DNA from: an uncultured Bdellovibrionales bacterium
GTDB lineage: Bacteria > Patescibacteriota > Minisyncoccia > Moranbacterales > UBA1568
Assembly: GCA_964594215.1 (NCBI GenBank)
Contig: CAZQLN010000005.1
Coordinates: 2,475 to 66,474 of the forward strand
DNA: 64,000 nt
Reading direction: 5' to 3'
In this document: positions 40,301 to 47,832 of the stretch, piece after piece
How the letters are laid out: each line of letters begins with the position of its first letter
How positions within the stretch are numbered: the first letter of the stretch is position 1
Position numbers and translations under genes: made by a program
The notes under the pieces: generated by a model
Seen by the model: the letters and a program-made list of their open reading frames with translations, nothing else
What the model was told of the DNA's origin: nothing
The model's database searches: none

Positions 40301-43288
40301 TGTTGGTCCAAAAGTGTGCCAATCGCTGCTTGCCGACTCTCCCGTATTGTCACCGGGATTATTCGTACTATAGTAAGACCATTGGAATTGCCAATCTGAT
40401 TTGAAACTACAACTCTCATGAGTGTTTACCCAATCAATAGCAGTGGTCTTTGTAATGTCTGGCCCTCCGATTTCTCCGTAATTTGGAAGATCAGCCTCAT
40501 CGGTACATACAATTTTCGTGGCAACAATTTTAGCTACTTCTTGATTTTTAAATACACATCTCACTGTCTTACCTGACTCTACTTTAATAGCATTAGGTGA
40601 ACTCTCACCATCACAAACTACGCTCTCCAAGCGCCAGTCTGCTTGAGGCAACTCTTCTACTGAGTAGGTTCCCGGTGCCAAATCAAAACTAAGAGAATCA
40701 TTATCTGCTAATGAGAAATTCTCTCCCCAACTCGGACTAAAAGAAAACTCGTCTTGACTACCGTCTGGATCCGTCTGCTTTTCGATAGTGATCTTGCCCT
40801 TCTCTGGAGCGTTCCAAGCAACACAGTAATAGGTATTACCGTTTTGTGGATTACCTACCCAATCCCAGTTGTCATAATTGACTACATCATTGTGACAATA
40901 AATTTCAGCACTCACCGGATTGGCATTGTTCTCTCCACCAGGAAGATTAAAGGTAAATGGAATGAAGCTATCCTTGTAGACTTCACGGAACCAAAGTTTT
41001 GGTGAGTTATCAGAATTTGGAATATCCATAGTCACCTGACCGCTGCCATTAGTGAAGTCTGAAGTGGTCCAACCAGCTCCCCCTAAAGCAACATTGTCTC
41101 CCTGATGTGGCGTGCCATCATAACTCCACTGGAACTGCCAATCTGGTGCTAGACTACAACTTTTGTGGGTTTCTACCCAGTCAGCTGCTGTAGTGGCTGT
41201 AATATCTGGTCCTCCCTCTCCATAATTAGGAAGGTCAGCTTCGTTGGTACAGACGATTTTGGTAGCTACTACATGGACTGGATTGATTCGATTAGTGATA
41301 GTACAAGTCTCTTCTTCAAGAGCAGGTATAGTCAAATTGGTACAATTATCATAACTTGTTTCGTAGCCAGGAGCAGCAACTTCCGTAACAGTGTAAGTAC
41401 CGCCCGCTGGTACCTCTATATCGTTCTGGCCATCGACTGCGTCAAAGGCGGTCGTCTCTCCATCATTTACTTGGAAAGAAAAATCCTGAAATTGTTTAGA
41501 ACCAAGATTACCATTCTCAATAACCTTTTTGACATGGAGAATTCCGGGTTTTTGGACATTGGTAAAAGTACATGTAATATGTTCTCCCGAGTGGAGATTG
41601 AAGGATACCGTATTTCCTTCTTTTAGACCCAGAGAGGCTTCTCCGTTATCACAACTTAGTGTCTCTAATTGCCAAGATGCCACTTCTTCCTCAGAAATTG
41701 AATACTCTCCAGGAAAAAGATTCTGAAAACTCTTAGTGTTAGAAAGTTGATTTTGATTATCTCCATCATCATCAAGCGTAAATACTCCTTGCTCGTGACC
41801 AGTTATCGTAAAATTAAAATCTTGCGTACTATCAGGCTGTGCATCTTTAATAACGGTTATAGAACCCTTACTTACAGCATTACTAAAGGTGCAGACTGTG
41901 GTACTACCAGCAGAAACCGTAGCTACTGCACTCAGTGTATTTTCTACTTGGGTACAATTAGTTACCTGTGAAAGGTTGTATCCATTTGGACCACTTTCTG
42001 TCACTGTATGTTGACCTAAGCTCACTTGGCCAAAATCTACTTCACCACTACTGTTAGCTTGAATAGGGACTCCATTATCAAGCTGGAAACTCCACTGAGT
42101 CAAGAGCGATTGATCATCCACTATCTTTATTGCCTTTAAGCCGCCCTGAGCCACACACTTATTCTTCAAGATAGCCTCACCTTCTGTGGTCCAGTTTTTA
42201 CCAGGAAAACTTCCCCCGTAATAATTAAATGGTGGAATAATATCAGCATCATGCTGATCATTGTGTCCATTTAAGGCACCGTCATCATCAGTGGTAATCT
42301 CATTATAACCATTGGCTGCAGTGTCAGGAGGCGTAGCATGACAAAGTGTCACTGGAACATGCTCTACTTCATCCTTTTTAAATGAAACAAATACTGTGAA
42401 ATGGTCTAAATTTGAAGCTTCTACACTATCTTTGTCGTTAGAAATATCTTTCTTTTCAACACTTTTAAGATCCCCTCTCTCTAAATTTTTTCCCTTTATC
42501 TCATCTACTTCTTTTTCTATGTATGCAATACCAACATTTTTACCATCTTCTTTTGGAAGAGAAAGGTTGTACTTGAAATCACCATTTTTCATCCCATCTG
42601 TAGTAATGTCATAGGCATAAGGAGAAGCGCTCACCATACCTTGGGGCAACTTGATATCTTCCACATTAATTTGCTCTATCTTCAGATGAGCAAGCCTGCT
42701 TTCATCAGCTGGAAGACACTTAAAAGTGACTGTCACGTCTTTGTTATCTGGGAAAGTATATTCTACTCCAAGTTTCACATTTTCCTTTGTTTCAGCCTTT
42801 TTCCCATCATCACTGATATTCCAATCAGCATCCGTGGTCTTGGTGACTTGTTCAGTACTGGCACAAATTTCTCCATCAAGAGAATCCTGAGAAGAGCCTT
42901 CTTCGACAGCCTTCTTATCTTCTTCAGCGGTAGCTTGCTCACTATCATTAGGAGGGGTGACTTCTTCAGATGGTTCAGAGATAGCTGGGGTCTCCTCTGG
43001 GGTGACAGGGGCAACCTCCGCAGCTGGAGACACTTCTTCAGATGGAGTTTCTTCTGGTACTACTTCTTCTTCTTTAGGTGTAGCTTCTTCCTCTGGAGCC
43101 GGCGCTGGTTCTTCAGTCGGTTCAGTCTCTTGTGCTACTACCTTGGTTGGTACAGAAAAAGCAAACGCCCCAAGTAAAATTGGAGCAGCCATCGGTTGCA
43201 TGATTAAAGAGAGAACAACGCTGAATGAAAAAGTTTTTTGGAGACAAGGCAGCACACCCTTCCTTATCACCCTTCGGAATGAGTTCAT
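37319..43288 (-). CDS. 1989-aa surface protein/adhesin (SpaA/Cna-B-like, SdrD-B-like, DUF11 domains) with internal LPATG sorting signal
   Basis: Acidic Pro/Glu N-terminus, repeated CTFTN/CTITN pilin-like domains, FSDADGNGKQDEGEPGL, LTKS...YTLTV, LPATG+TM+RR, then a second signal peptide, domain and TM. Confidence 0.88.
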   Translation of the reverse strand: MNSFRRVIRKGVLPCLQKTFSFSVVLSLIMQPMAAPILLGAFAFSVPTKVVAQETEPTEEPAPAPEEEATPKEEEVVPEETPSEEVSPAAEVAPVTPEETPAISEPSEEVTPPNDSEQATAEEDKKAVEEGSSQDSLDGEICASTEQVTKTTDADWNISDDGKKAETKENVKLGVEYTFPDNKDVTVTFKCLPADESRLAHLKIEQINVEDIKLPQGMVSASPYAYDITTDGMKNGDFKYNLSLPKEDGKNVGIAYIEKEVDEIKGKNLERGDLKSVEKKDISNDKDSVEASNLDHFTVFVSFKKDEVEHVPVTLCHATPPDTAANGYNEITTDDDGALNGHNDQHDADIIPPFNYYGGSFPGKNWTTEGEAILKNKCVAQGGLKAIKIVDDQSLLTQWSFQLDNGVPIQANSSGEVDFGQVSLGQHTVTESGPNGYNLSQVTNCTQVENTLSAVATVSAGSTTVCTFSNAVSKGSITVIKDAQPDSTQDFNFTITGHEQGVFTLDDDGDNQNQLSNTKSFQNLFPGEYSISEEEVASWQLETLSCDNGEASLGLKEGNTVSFNLHSGEHITCTFTNVQKPGILHVKKVIENGNLGSKQFQDFSFQVNDGETTAFDAVDGQNDIEVPAGGTYTVTEVAAPGYETSYDNCTNLTIPALEEETCTITNRINPVHVVATKIVCTNEADLPNYGEGGPDITATTAADWVETHKSCSLAPDWQFQWSYDGTPHQGDNVALGGAGWTTSDFTNGSGQVTMDIPNSDNSPKLWFREVYKDSFIPFTFNLPGGENNANPVSAEIYCHNDVVNYDNWDWVGNPQNGNTYYCVAWNAPEKGKITIEKQTDPDGSQDEFSFSPSWGENFSLADNDSLSFDLAPGTYSVEELPQADWRLESVVCDGESSPNAIKVESGKTVRCVFKNQEVAKIVATKIVCTDEADLPNYGEIGGPDITKTTAIDWVNTHESCSFKSDWQFQWSYYSTNNPGDNTGESASSDWHTFGPTGINGETSAEVDLKSSSLVWVREVWNDNYIPFTYGQDSENPNSNDVSAEMYCHNDVVNYDNYDFIDASDDNLTYYCVAWNAPKKGTLRIVKNLVNDSGQQKGVQDFSFQIDGAEAVAFNEDGVNEIEVTPGTYNVTEVADSLYDTTYQSGESNNCSEVVVPSGGVGTCTITNNDKPPVHVVATKIVCTNEADLPNYGEGGPDITATTAADWVETHKSCSLAPDWQFQWSYDGTPHQGDNVALGGAGWTTSDFTNGSGQVTMDIPNSDNSPKLWFREVYKDSFIPFTFNLPGGENNANPVSAEIYCHNDVVNYDNWDWVGNPQNGNTYYCVAWNVAKTGTITGYKFSDADGNGKQDEGEPGLAGWTLYLDLNNNGSLDEGEPSGVTGEDGTYTFTDLIPGNYVVREVLQEGWEQTLNTCGTQIEEILTDNNELQLNRLIAVDVPGTTLEPGEELNCTFGNHNITPVLRLTKSVDVIDTQAPGDFVIYTLTVEAEENTVLDTEVTDLPPKGFEYVPGSAEATSSLGGSHDGPLELSHEYASPGVWSVGNLVPGETVTLKYQARISDSQDDGLYEDLAYARGNAQGGGDVLANDPTGFVGTQVAVATPVVDPIANIDTDNKKEIDRDTERKTRVLGASTGLPATGANSWILLLALVLLGAGMSLLWSRRTSMKMLFLGALLAGATFLGSHQVMAAGPGLALEIEKPDAFVTTPNFKIGFVALDTEGRAVTVRCYETTGGLFQTIPLIDGGSSGDCQVNSGVMPTDGNYSFYVTAEAEGDLPIQSETVNVAFDGTFPGTPYNYDRDEATCDDKITFTTANDGQTVKVELYRSTAKDFVADTPITTLDIGPNQNGYISTTPPDCNEDYWYALRALDANGNASGFVADRAVNTDTIHKTKTKTTTVSGQSGNGGGSGAIPVAGGGTGEGQGGTVEGATTEGAGDQGVLGEMTKDESQDQAGISNWAQNNKGSIFLILLIIGGILYYFFYVRPKSILTKND
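39304..41281. repeat. 472-bp direct repeat (39304-39775 = 40810-41281) within the surface-protein gene
   Basis: No mismatch seen by eye, offset 1506 nt; a diverged third copy lies at ~40063-40530. Confidence 0.92.
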
Positions 43289-43516
43289 ACGAGACGTATT
43301 AAAAAAATAAACTTATAAATGGTAACTTATAATAAATGTGATCGATACTCCTATAATCTGCTACTCTGAATTCTTTATCTAAATACCTTCCTTTTGTTAT
43401 TTTTTTGTCTTCACCCTGCCGTATGACAAAAGCCTAGAGACTTTCCCCATTGATATCTAAAGCCTATTCCTGTGTCAATCAGCTGTCAAGAGCCAAAAAG
43501 ATTCGGCTTCATACTG

Positions 43517-43543
43517 AAAAACCCGCCTTTTAAGCGGGTTTTT
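43517..43543 (-). terminator. Intrinsic terminator after the CAP gene
   Basis: AAAAACCCGC/GCGGGTTTTT stem. Confidence 0.75.
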
Positions 43544-43567
43544 ATCATCTCTTTTTTTATTGTGGCT

Positions 43568-44488
43568 TTATAGAGCCTTCGGATGATGAATATCGAAAGC
43601 ATGAATACCTACAAAGGTATCTTCAAAGATAAAAATGGGTTCAATTTTAGTCTTTACCCTTCCAGAAATAGTCCATAGTTTCTGTGTGGCTCGGTAAAGA
43701 AATGGCATAGCTGCGGCAAAGATGATTATTTGAAGTATAATCAGGGTTAACACTATATAGAGATCCAGCTTATTCTGGGTTTTCGGTGAGGTTTTTTCAC
43801 TAACCACTACTGGTTCGAGGCGAGGACTTGGTGAATCTACAATAGCCACTTGAACTTCTTTTGGTTCCCCTACTACCACTTGCTTCAGTTCTTGTTCTAC
43901 TCCCTTTACATCAGCTACCAACACTTCCTTACTTGGAAGATACTCTCTTGGTTTACTTACGACTGGAGCAACCTTGGGGCTAGCGAAGACCTGTACTGTC
44001 ACCAGCGCTTCTTTACCATCAATTTCACCAGACACTACTGCTACTCCTATTTCTTGATACTTATCACTTAGGATATTCGCTCGATGAGTAGCGCTTTTCA
44101 TCCAAGCCTTGTGTTGACTCTCAGCACTCTCATAATTGATCGCCAGATTCTCACCAGCAAAACCATACTGATAACCCGTTTGCTTAATCCAGTGCCACGG
44201 AGTTACTCCTTTGGGTGAAGTATGGGCAAAGTAATTGTTCTTAAACATGTCTTTCGCCTTGGCTTCTGCTGCCTGCGTTAGTTGGTCGTTTTGCTTCAGT
44301 GCAGATAGACCAGCTTGTTTACGAGATTCGTTGGTAAGACGGAGTACTGATCCAGAGCTGACACCAGCTGCCTGAACTAGAGAAGTTGCTCCACCAGATA
44401 CCAACAACGCCAAAAACAAAACCATAAAAGCCTTCTGTAAAAGAGCTTTTTGAATAGTTTTTGTATTTTTTTGGCTTACTTGAAGCAT
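43568..44488 (-). CDS. CAP (SCP) domain protein, membrane anchored
   Basis: LTNESRKQAGL, YFAHTSP, AGENLA, WMKSATHRANIL, EIGVAV. Confidence 0.92.
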   Translation of the reverse strand: MLQVSQKNTKTIQKALLQKAFMVLFLALLVSGGATSLVQAAGVSSGSVLRLTNESRKQAGLSALKQNDQLTQAAEAKAKDMFKNNYFAHTSPKGVTPWHWIKQTGYQYGFAGENLAINYESAESQHKAWMKSATHRANILSDKYQEIGVAVVSGEIDGKEALVTVQVFASPKVAPVVSKPREYLPSKEVLVADVKGVEQELKQVVVGEPKEVQVAIVDSPSPRLEPVVVSEKTSPKTQNKLDLYIVLTLIILQIIIFAAAMPFLYRATQKLWTISGRVKTKIEPIFIFEDTFVGIHAFDIHHPKAL

Positions 44489-44498
44489 ATTTTTGGAT

Positions 44499-44593
44499 AA
44501 AAAAACAAAACGGGGTTCACCCGTTTTGCCCTTTCTGGACGCTTTTTGAGTCCATTACCTATCCATTATAGCACCTTTTTTTGCTTTTGTAAA
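44499..44593 (-). promoter_or_regulatory. Promoter plus leader hairpin (motif copy 2)
   Basis: TTTACA-17-TATAAT, then AAAACGGGTGAACCCCGTTTTGTTTTTTT shortly before ATG 44488. Confidence 0.6.
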
Positions 44594-44603
44594 GGGAAAT
44601 TGC

Positions 44604-45248
44604 CTAGTTTTTGACCTGATCAGCATAGTAGCCTACATCACTGATCCATTTATCGACACTCTCTGGATTCTGGGCATCACAACTGTACCCACATTTCCAT
44701 ACCACCATCTCTTCTGCGGTATCCCGATTGTATTCCTTCATCAAAGTATCGATGCGTTTAGAGATTACTCGCACTGCCTCTTTTTTACTACCAAAACAAC
44801 CATGACCCATAGCAATACCCCGACTTCCCTCACCACGATATCCCCAATAGTTATAACAATCCTCACCATTTTCGGTGACCGGAACATGCTTACCCCAATT
44901 GCTTTCTTTTTTGGCTATCCCGATAATGAAAGCAGCTGTATTGCGATCATGTTTCACAATATACGGCAACATATCTTCGATTGGATAACCGGCAACCATT
45001 TTGGCTACATCATGCTCTAAACGCATTTCAGAAAGAGGTATAGTCTCAACCGGAAGAGTGATAGCCTCTACCCGATTAGCACTAGCCATTAATAATCCTG
45101 AGACGAGAAGAGCTACTCCAAGAAAAGCACCATAAAAAATATCTCCCGAAAGACGTACCTGGGTTAAATCGGGTAATCTCCCTAACAGAGAGGGGCTATC
45201 TTGAGTAGATAAGTTTTGAGTATTGGTGTTGGTATTTTTGACTGACAT
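44604..45248 (-). CDS. Membrane-anchored lysozyme-fold protein (glucosaminidase/SLT-like), putative
   Basis: IGIAKKESNWG and YNYWGY resemble the catalytic-Glu helix and NxxG motifs of lysozyme-like hydrolases. Confidence 0.55.
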   Translation of the reverse strand: MSVKNTNTNTQNLSTQDSPSLLGRLPDLTQVRLSGDIFYGAFLGVALLVSGLLMASANRVEAITLPVETIPLSEMRLEHDVAKMVAGYPIEDMLPYIVKHDRNTAAFIIGIAKKESNWGKHVPVTENGEDCYNYWGYRGEGSRGIAMGHGCFGSKKEAVRVISKRIDTLMKEYNRDTAEEMVVWKCGYSCDAQNPESVDKWISDVGYYADQVKN

Positions 45249-45268
45249 AGCAAGCTTATGGGCTTAAA

Positions 45269-45347
45269 CAAAGAAAAAACGGGAGTCTGGGACACCCGTT
45301 TTTATCTCTTGTACTTCTATTATAGCATGTTTTTTGGCTTATTGCAA
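45269..45347 (-). promoter_or_regulatory. Promoter plus leader hairpin (motif copy 3)
   Basis: TTGCAA-17-TATAAT-AGAAGTACAAGAGATAAAAACGGGTGTCCCAGACTCCCGTTTTTTCTTT. Confidence 0.65.
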
Positions 45348-45362
45348 GGATTCTTGGACTCT

Positions 45363-46256
45363 TTAGCTAACGGGCAGGCCCAGTTCACGAAGAAATCCTT
45401 TTCGTGCTGGCCCTTTGAGTTCGCGTGATTCACCTTCCTTAAGTGAACCAAGATGGATACTCATAATACGTACTCGAACCAAACGAGTGACATGCACTCC
45501 AACACTTTCAAGCATACGACGCACCTGATGTTTCTTACCTTCAGTTAAAACAATCGACAGGGTCGCAGGATCAAGTACCGTAAGCTTCTTCAGTGTCAGG
45601 CGCTCACCTTCACTTACAATCCCTCGCAACAAAGTATCTTTCATCTGGCCACTCAGAGGCGTGTTGATAGAAACTACATACTCTTTTTCATGAGAAAAAC
45701 GTGGGTGAAGCAGTCGCTCAGTCACTCGACCGTCGTTCGTCAGTACGATGAGACCCTCTGAATCTTTATCTAGTCGCCCCAAAGGGAAAAGGTCTGGATG
45801 ACCAGAGACTGAAGCAATATCTTGCTCTTTCTTTTGTGGTGTATGAGTGATGATACCTCGCGGCTTATAGTAGGCCACATAAACAAAAGCCTTCTTCTCA
45901 CGAAAACCAGCCTCGTGGATTTCAATATCCTCATCAGCATGATTGACTTTATCCCCTACAGAAGCCTTTTTACCATTCAGATAGACGCTTCCGGCCTGGA
46001 TCATCTCATCAGCGGCTCGTCTGGTAGCAATGCCACGCAAAGCCAAAAAACGATTGAGACGCATCGGGTACTCTTCTTTGGTATTGTTCGTCTTAGCGGG
46101 TTTACCTTGATAATGCCGCGTGTAATTTGGGTTTGGTCCCGAGGCTTTAGGCTTTGGTGTTGCTACGCTTCTTTTTGGTTGGCTTGCCCTCTTGGCACTT
46201 GGCACAAAGGCACCCGCCTTTTTGGATGTACTCGCTCTTGAAGTAGTTTTTGCCAT
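45363..46256 (-). CDS. rRNA pseudouridine synthase (RsuA/RluB/RluF family, S4 domain)
   Basis: MRLNRFLALRGIATRR S4 domain, YKPRG, GRLDKDSEGL, HEKEYVV, EGKKHQVRRM; start uncertain. Confidence 0.93.
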   Translation of the reverse strand: MAKTTSRASTSKKAGAFVPSAKRASQPKRSVATPKPKASGPNPNYTRHYQGKPAKTNNTKEEYPMRLNRFLALRGIATRRAADEMIQAGSVYLNGKKASVGDKVNHADEDIEIHEAGFREKKAFVYVAYYKPRGIITHTPQKKEQDIASVSGHPDLFPLGRLDKDSEGLIVLTNDGRVTERLLHPRFSHEKEYVVSINTPLSGQMKDTLLRGIVSEGERLTLKKLTVLDPATLSIVLTEGKKHQVRRMLESVGVHVTRLVRVRIMSIHLGSLKEGESRELKGPARKGFLRELGLPVS

Positions 46257-46593
46257 AATTGTAAGTCAATTCTTCATCTGGTTTAATGTTCCGCTTAGCA
46301 ACAAGAAAGATTCTTCCCCGTCGATTGATAGCCTCACAGTTTGGTCGACAGCTATGATTGGCGTAGCGCATGGTGTTCCAACGTGGGCTGCCATCGATAT
46401 CAACTCTAGCGCTAACGTTAAAGATATATTTGTTGGTGGCATCGGTCTCTGCTGGAATACGGTGACCGATGTATTCGATAATAGTGGTGTCTCGTTTGAT
46501 GGGAAGGCTGGTGTAGAGGCCAAGACCAGCGCTGCTACGTTTTACTCGAAGTCCAAGAATAGACTGTGGTACGGGATGTTCTCCTTGTTTCAT
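46147..46593 (-). CDS. SET domain protein-lysine methyltransferase with post-SET cysteines
   Basis: GLGLY, IEYIG, RYANHSCRPN, EELTYNY, CLCAKC. Confidence 0.92.
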   Translation of the reverse strand: MKQGEHPVPQSILGLRVKRSSAGLGLYTSLPIKRDTTIIEYIGHRIPAETDATNKYIFNVSARVDIDGSPRWNTMRYANHSCRPNCEAINRRGRIFLVAKRNIKPDEELTYNYGKNYFKSEYIQKGGCLCAKCQEGKPTKKKRSNTKA

Positions 46594-46603
46594 GAAATAT
46601 TTA

Positions 46604-47320
46604 CTACTTAACAATTAATTTGCGATCACGCTCGGTAATAGACTGGTTACGATGTACCAACTCATCATTTCTGATAGAGAGAAAAAGTTCATACTCATTT
46701 TTGGCGTGTCTCCCATAGAATTCAAGAAAGGCTGACTGAACCGGAGCTACCTTAAGACGTTCTCCTTCCTTATCGAGGAAATACTGATACTGATCAAAGG
46801 CATGGCTTTCGAAAAGATAATTAAGTTCGTAAGCACTGCGTCGATGAAGCATAAACAGAAGGAAAATGGCCAGTGAATATATCAGGGAAAAAACTACTGG
46901 TATCGCTGTGTAACGCCAAAAACCACCCTCTTGATATTTTTTGGCGAGACCGGCCATCAAGACTACGTGCATAGTTTCATTATCCTGTGCAACCCTGGTG
47001 AAATATGAGGCTTCTGAAAGTCTCAAAGCTTTTTGTTCGTCAGCAAAGAAAAAAGTGAGCAACATGTAGGTGGCCAACTCCCAAGACTGGTAGGGTATGC
47101 GAGCTACAATCTCAAGAGCTTTGAACTTCCCATATGATGGTTTACTGCCGTACAAGATGTTGCCCGTAGTCACCAAAATGGTACCCAGAAAACGCGGCAA
47201 AACTCCCACCGCAACATGTGAACCATTGCTGCGGTAGGTTTCAAAGGTTTCTGTTTCAAAAAGAGCTTGTACAAGCTCTTCGTGCTTCTGTTGGTAGGTC
47301 ATCTGTGTATCAAATATCAA
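46604..47320 (-). CDS. Alternative oxidase/PTOX-like di-iron protein
   Basis: LEIVARIPY, DNETMH, FESHAFDQY, IRNDELVH give the E/ExxH/E/ExxH ligand set. Confidence 0.8.
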   Translation of the reverse strand: MIFDTQMTYQQKHEELVQALFETETFETYRSNGSHVAVGVLPRFLGTILVTTGNILYGSKPSYGKFKALEIVARIPYQSWELATYMLLTFFFADEQKALRLSEASYFTRVAQDNETMHVVLMAGLAKKYQEGGFWRYTAIPVVFSLIYSLAIFLLFMLHRRSAYELNYLFESHAFDQYQYFLDKEGERLKVAPVQSAFLEFYGRHAKNEYELFLSIRNDELVHRNQSITERDRKLIVK

Positions 47321-47826
47321 TCAAATAATTCCTCGGCTATGCGAGCCTCGCAGGCCTTGCGAAGCGAGTTCTCACCTATCCTAGCACAAGTTTCTGGATT
47401 ACGCTCTCGAATAGCTTGCTCCTTGAAACAAGCATCTTTGTCAGTGCCACTAAGCATCGTACAATCTTTTCCTTGATAGCCCTCCTGATTGAGTCCACAA
47501 AAAGAAAAACAATAAGCCTGTTCGGCCGGAAGAGTGGAAAAACTCTCACACCCCTGTTCACAATCCTCGGGAGTCACCTTTTTATTCGGATCACTCGGAC
47601 TGCTTGGCGGCACTGTGAGTGGTACCTCTGTTGGAAATACTTCTTCGGTGGATGAACTTGAATTTTGTATTGCTGTCTCTGTTGTCGCTTCTGTTTCCTC
47701 TTGTTTAACTTGAATCGGTACTACCGCCTCACCCTTTTTATTTTGTTGCCAGAAAAAAGTGGCTCCGCCAGCCAGAATGACTACGAAGCCTAAACCAATA
47801 ACTACGATTTTAGAAAACCGACCCAT
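47317..47826 (-). CDS. Membrane-anchored Cys-rich hypothetical protein
   Basis: TM, low-complexity linker, 8 Cys in spaced repeats. Confidence 0.7.
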   Translation of the reverse strand: MGRFSKIVVIGLGFVVILAGGATFFWQQNKKGEAVVPIQVKQEETEATTETAIQNSSSSTEEVFPTEVPLTVPPSSPSDPNKKVTPEDCEQGCESFSTLPAEQAYCFSFCGLNQEGYQGKDCTMLSGTDKDACFKEQAIRERNPETCARIGENSLRKACEARIAEELFD

Positions 47827-47832
47827 AAAATA

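Noticed and set aside
39304-41281. Direct repeat as a DGR template/variable pair
   Set aside because: Copies are identical with no adenine-specific differences, both are in-frame coding domains, and no reverse transcriptase is in the window.
44499-44560. c-di-GMP-I riboswitch (GGGCAAAAC resembles GGCAAAC)
   Set aside because: The GAAA tetraloop, GACGCAAAGC junction and second stem are missing.
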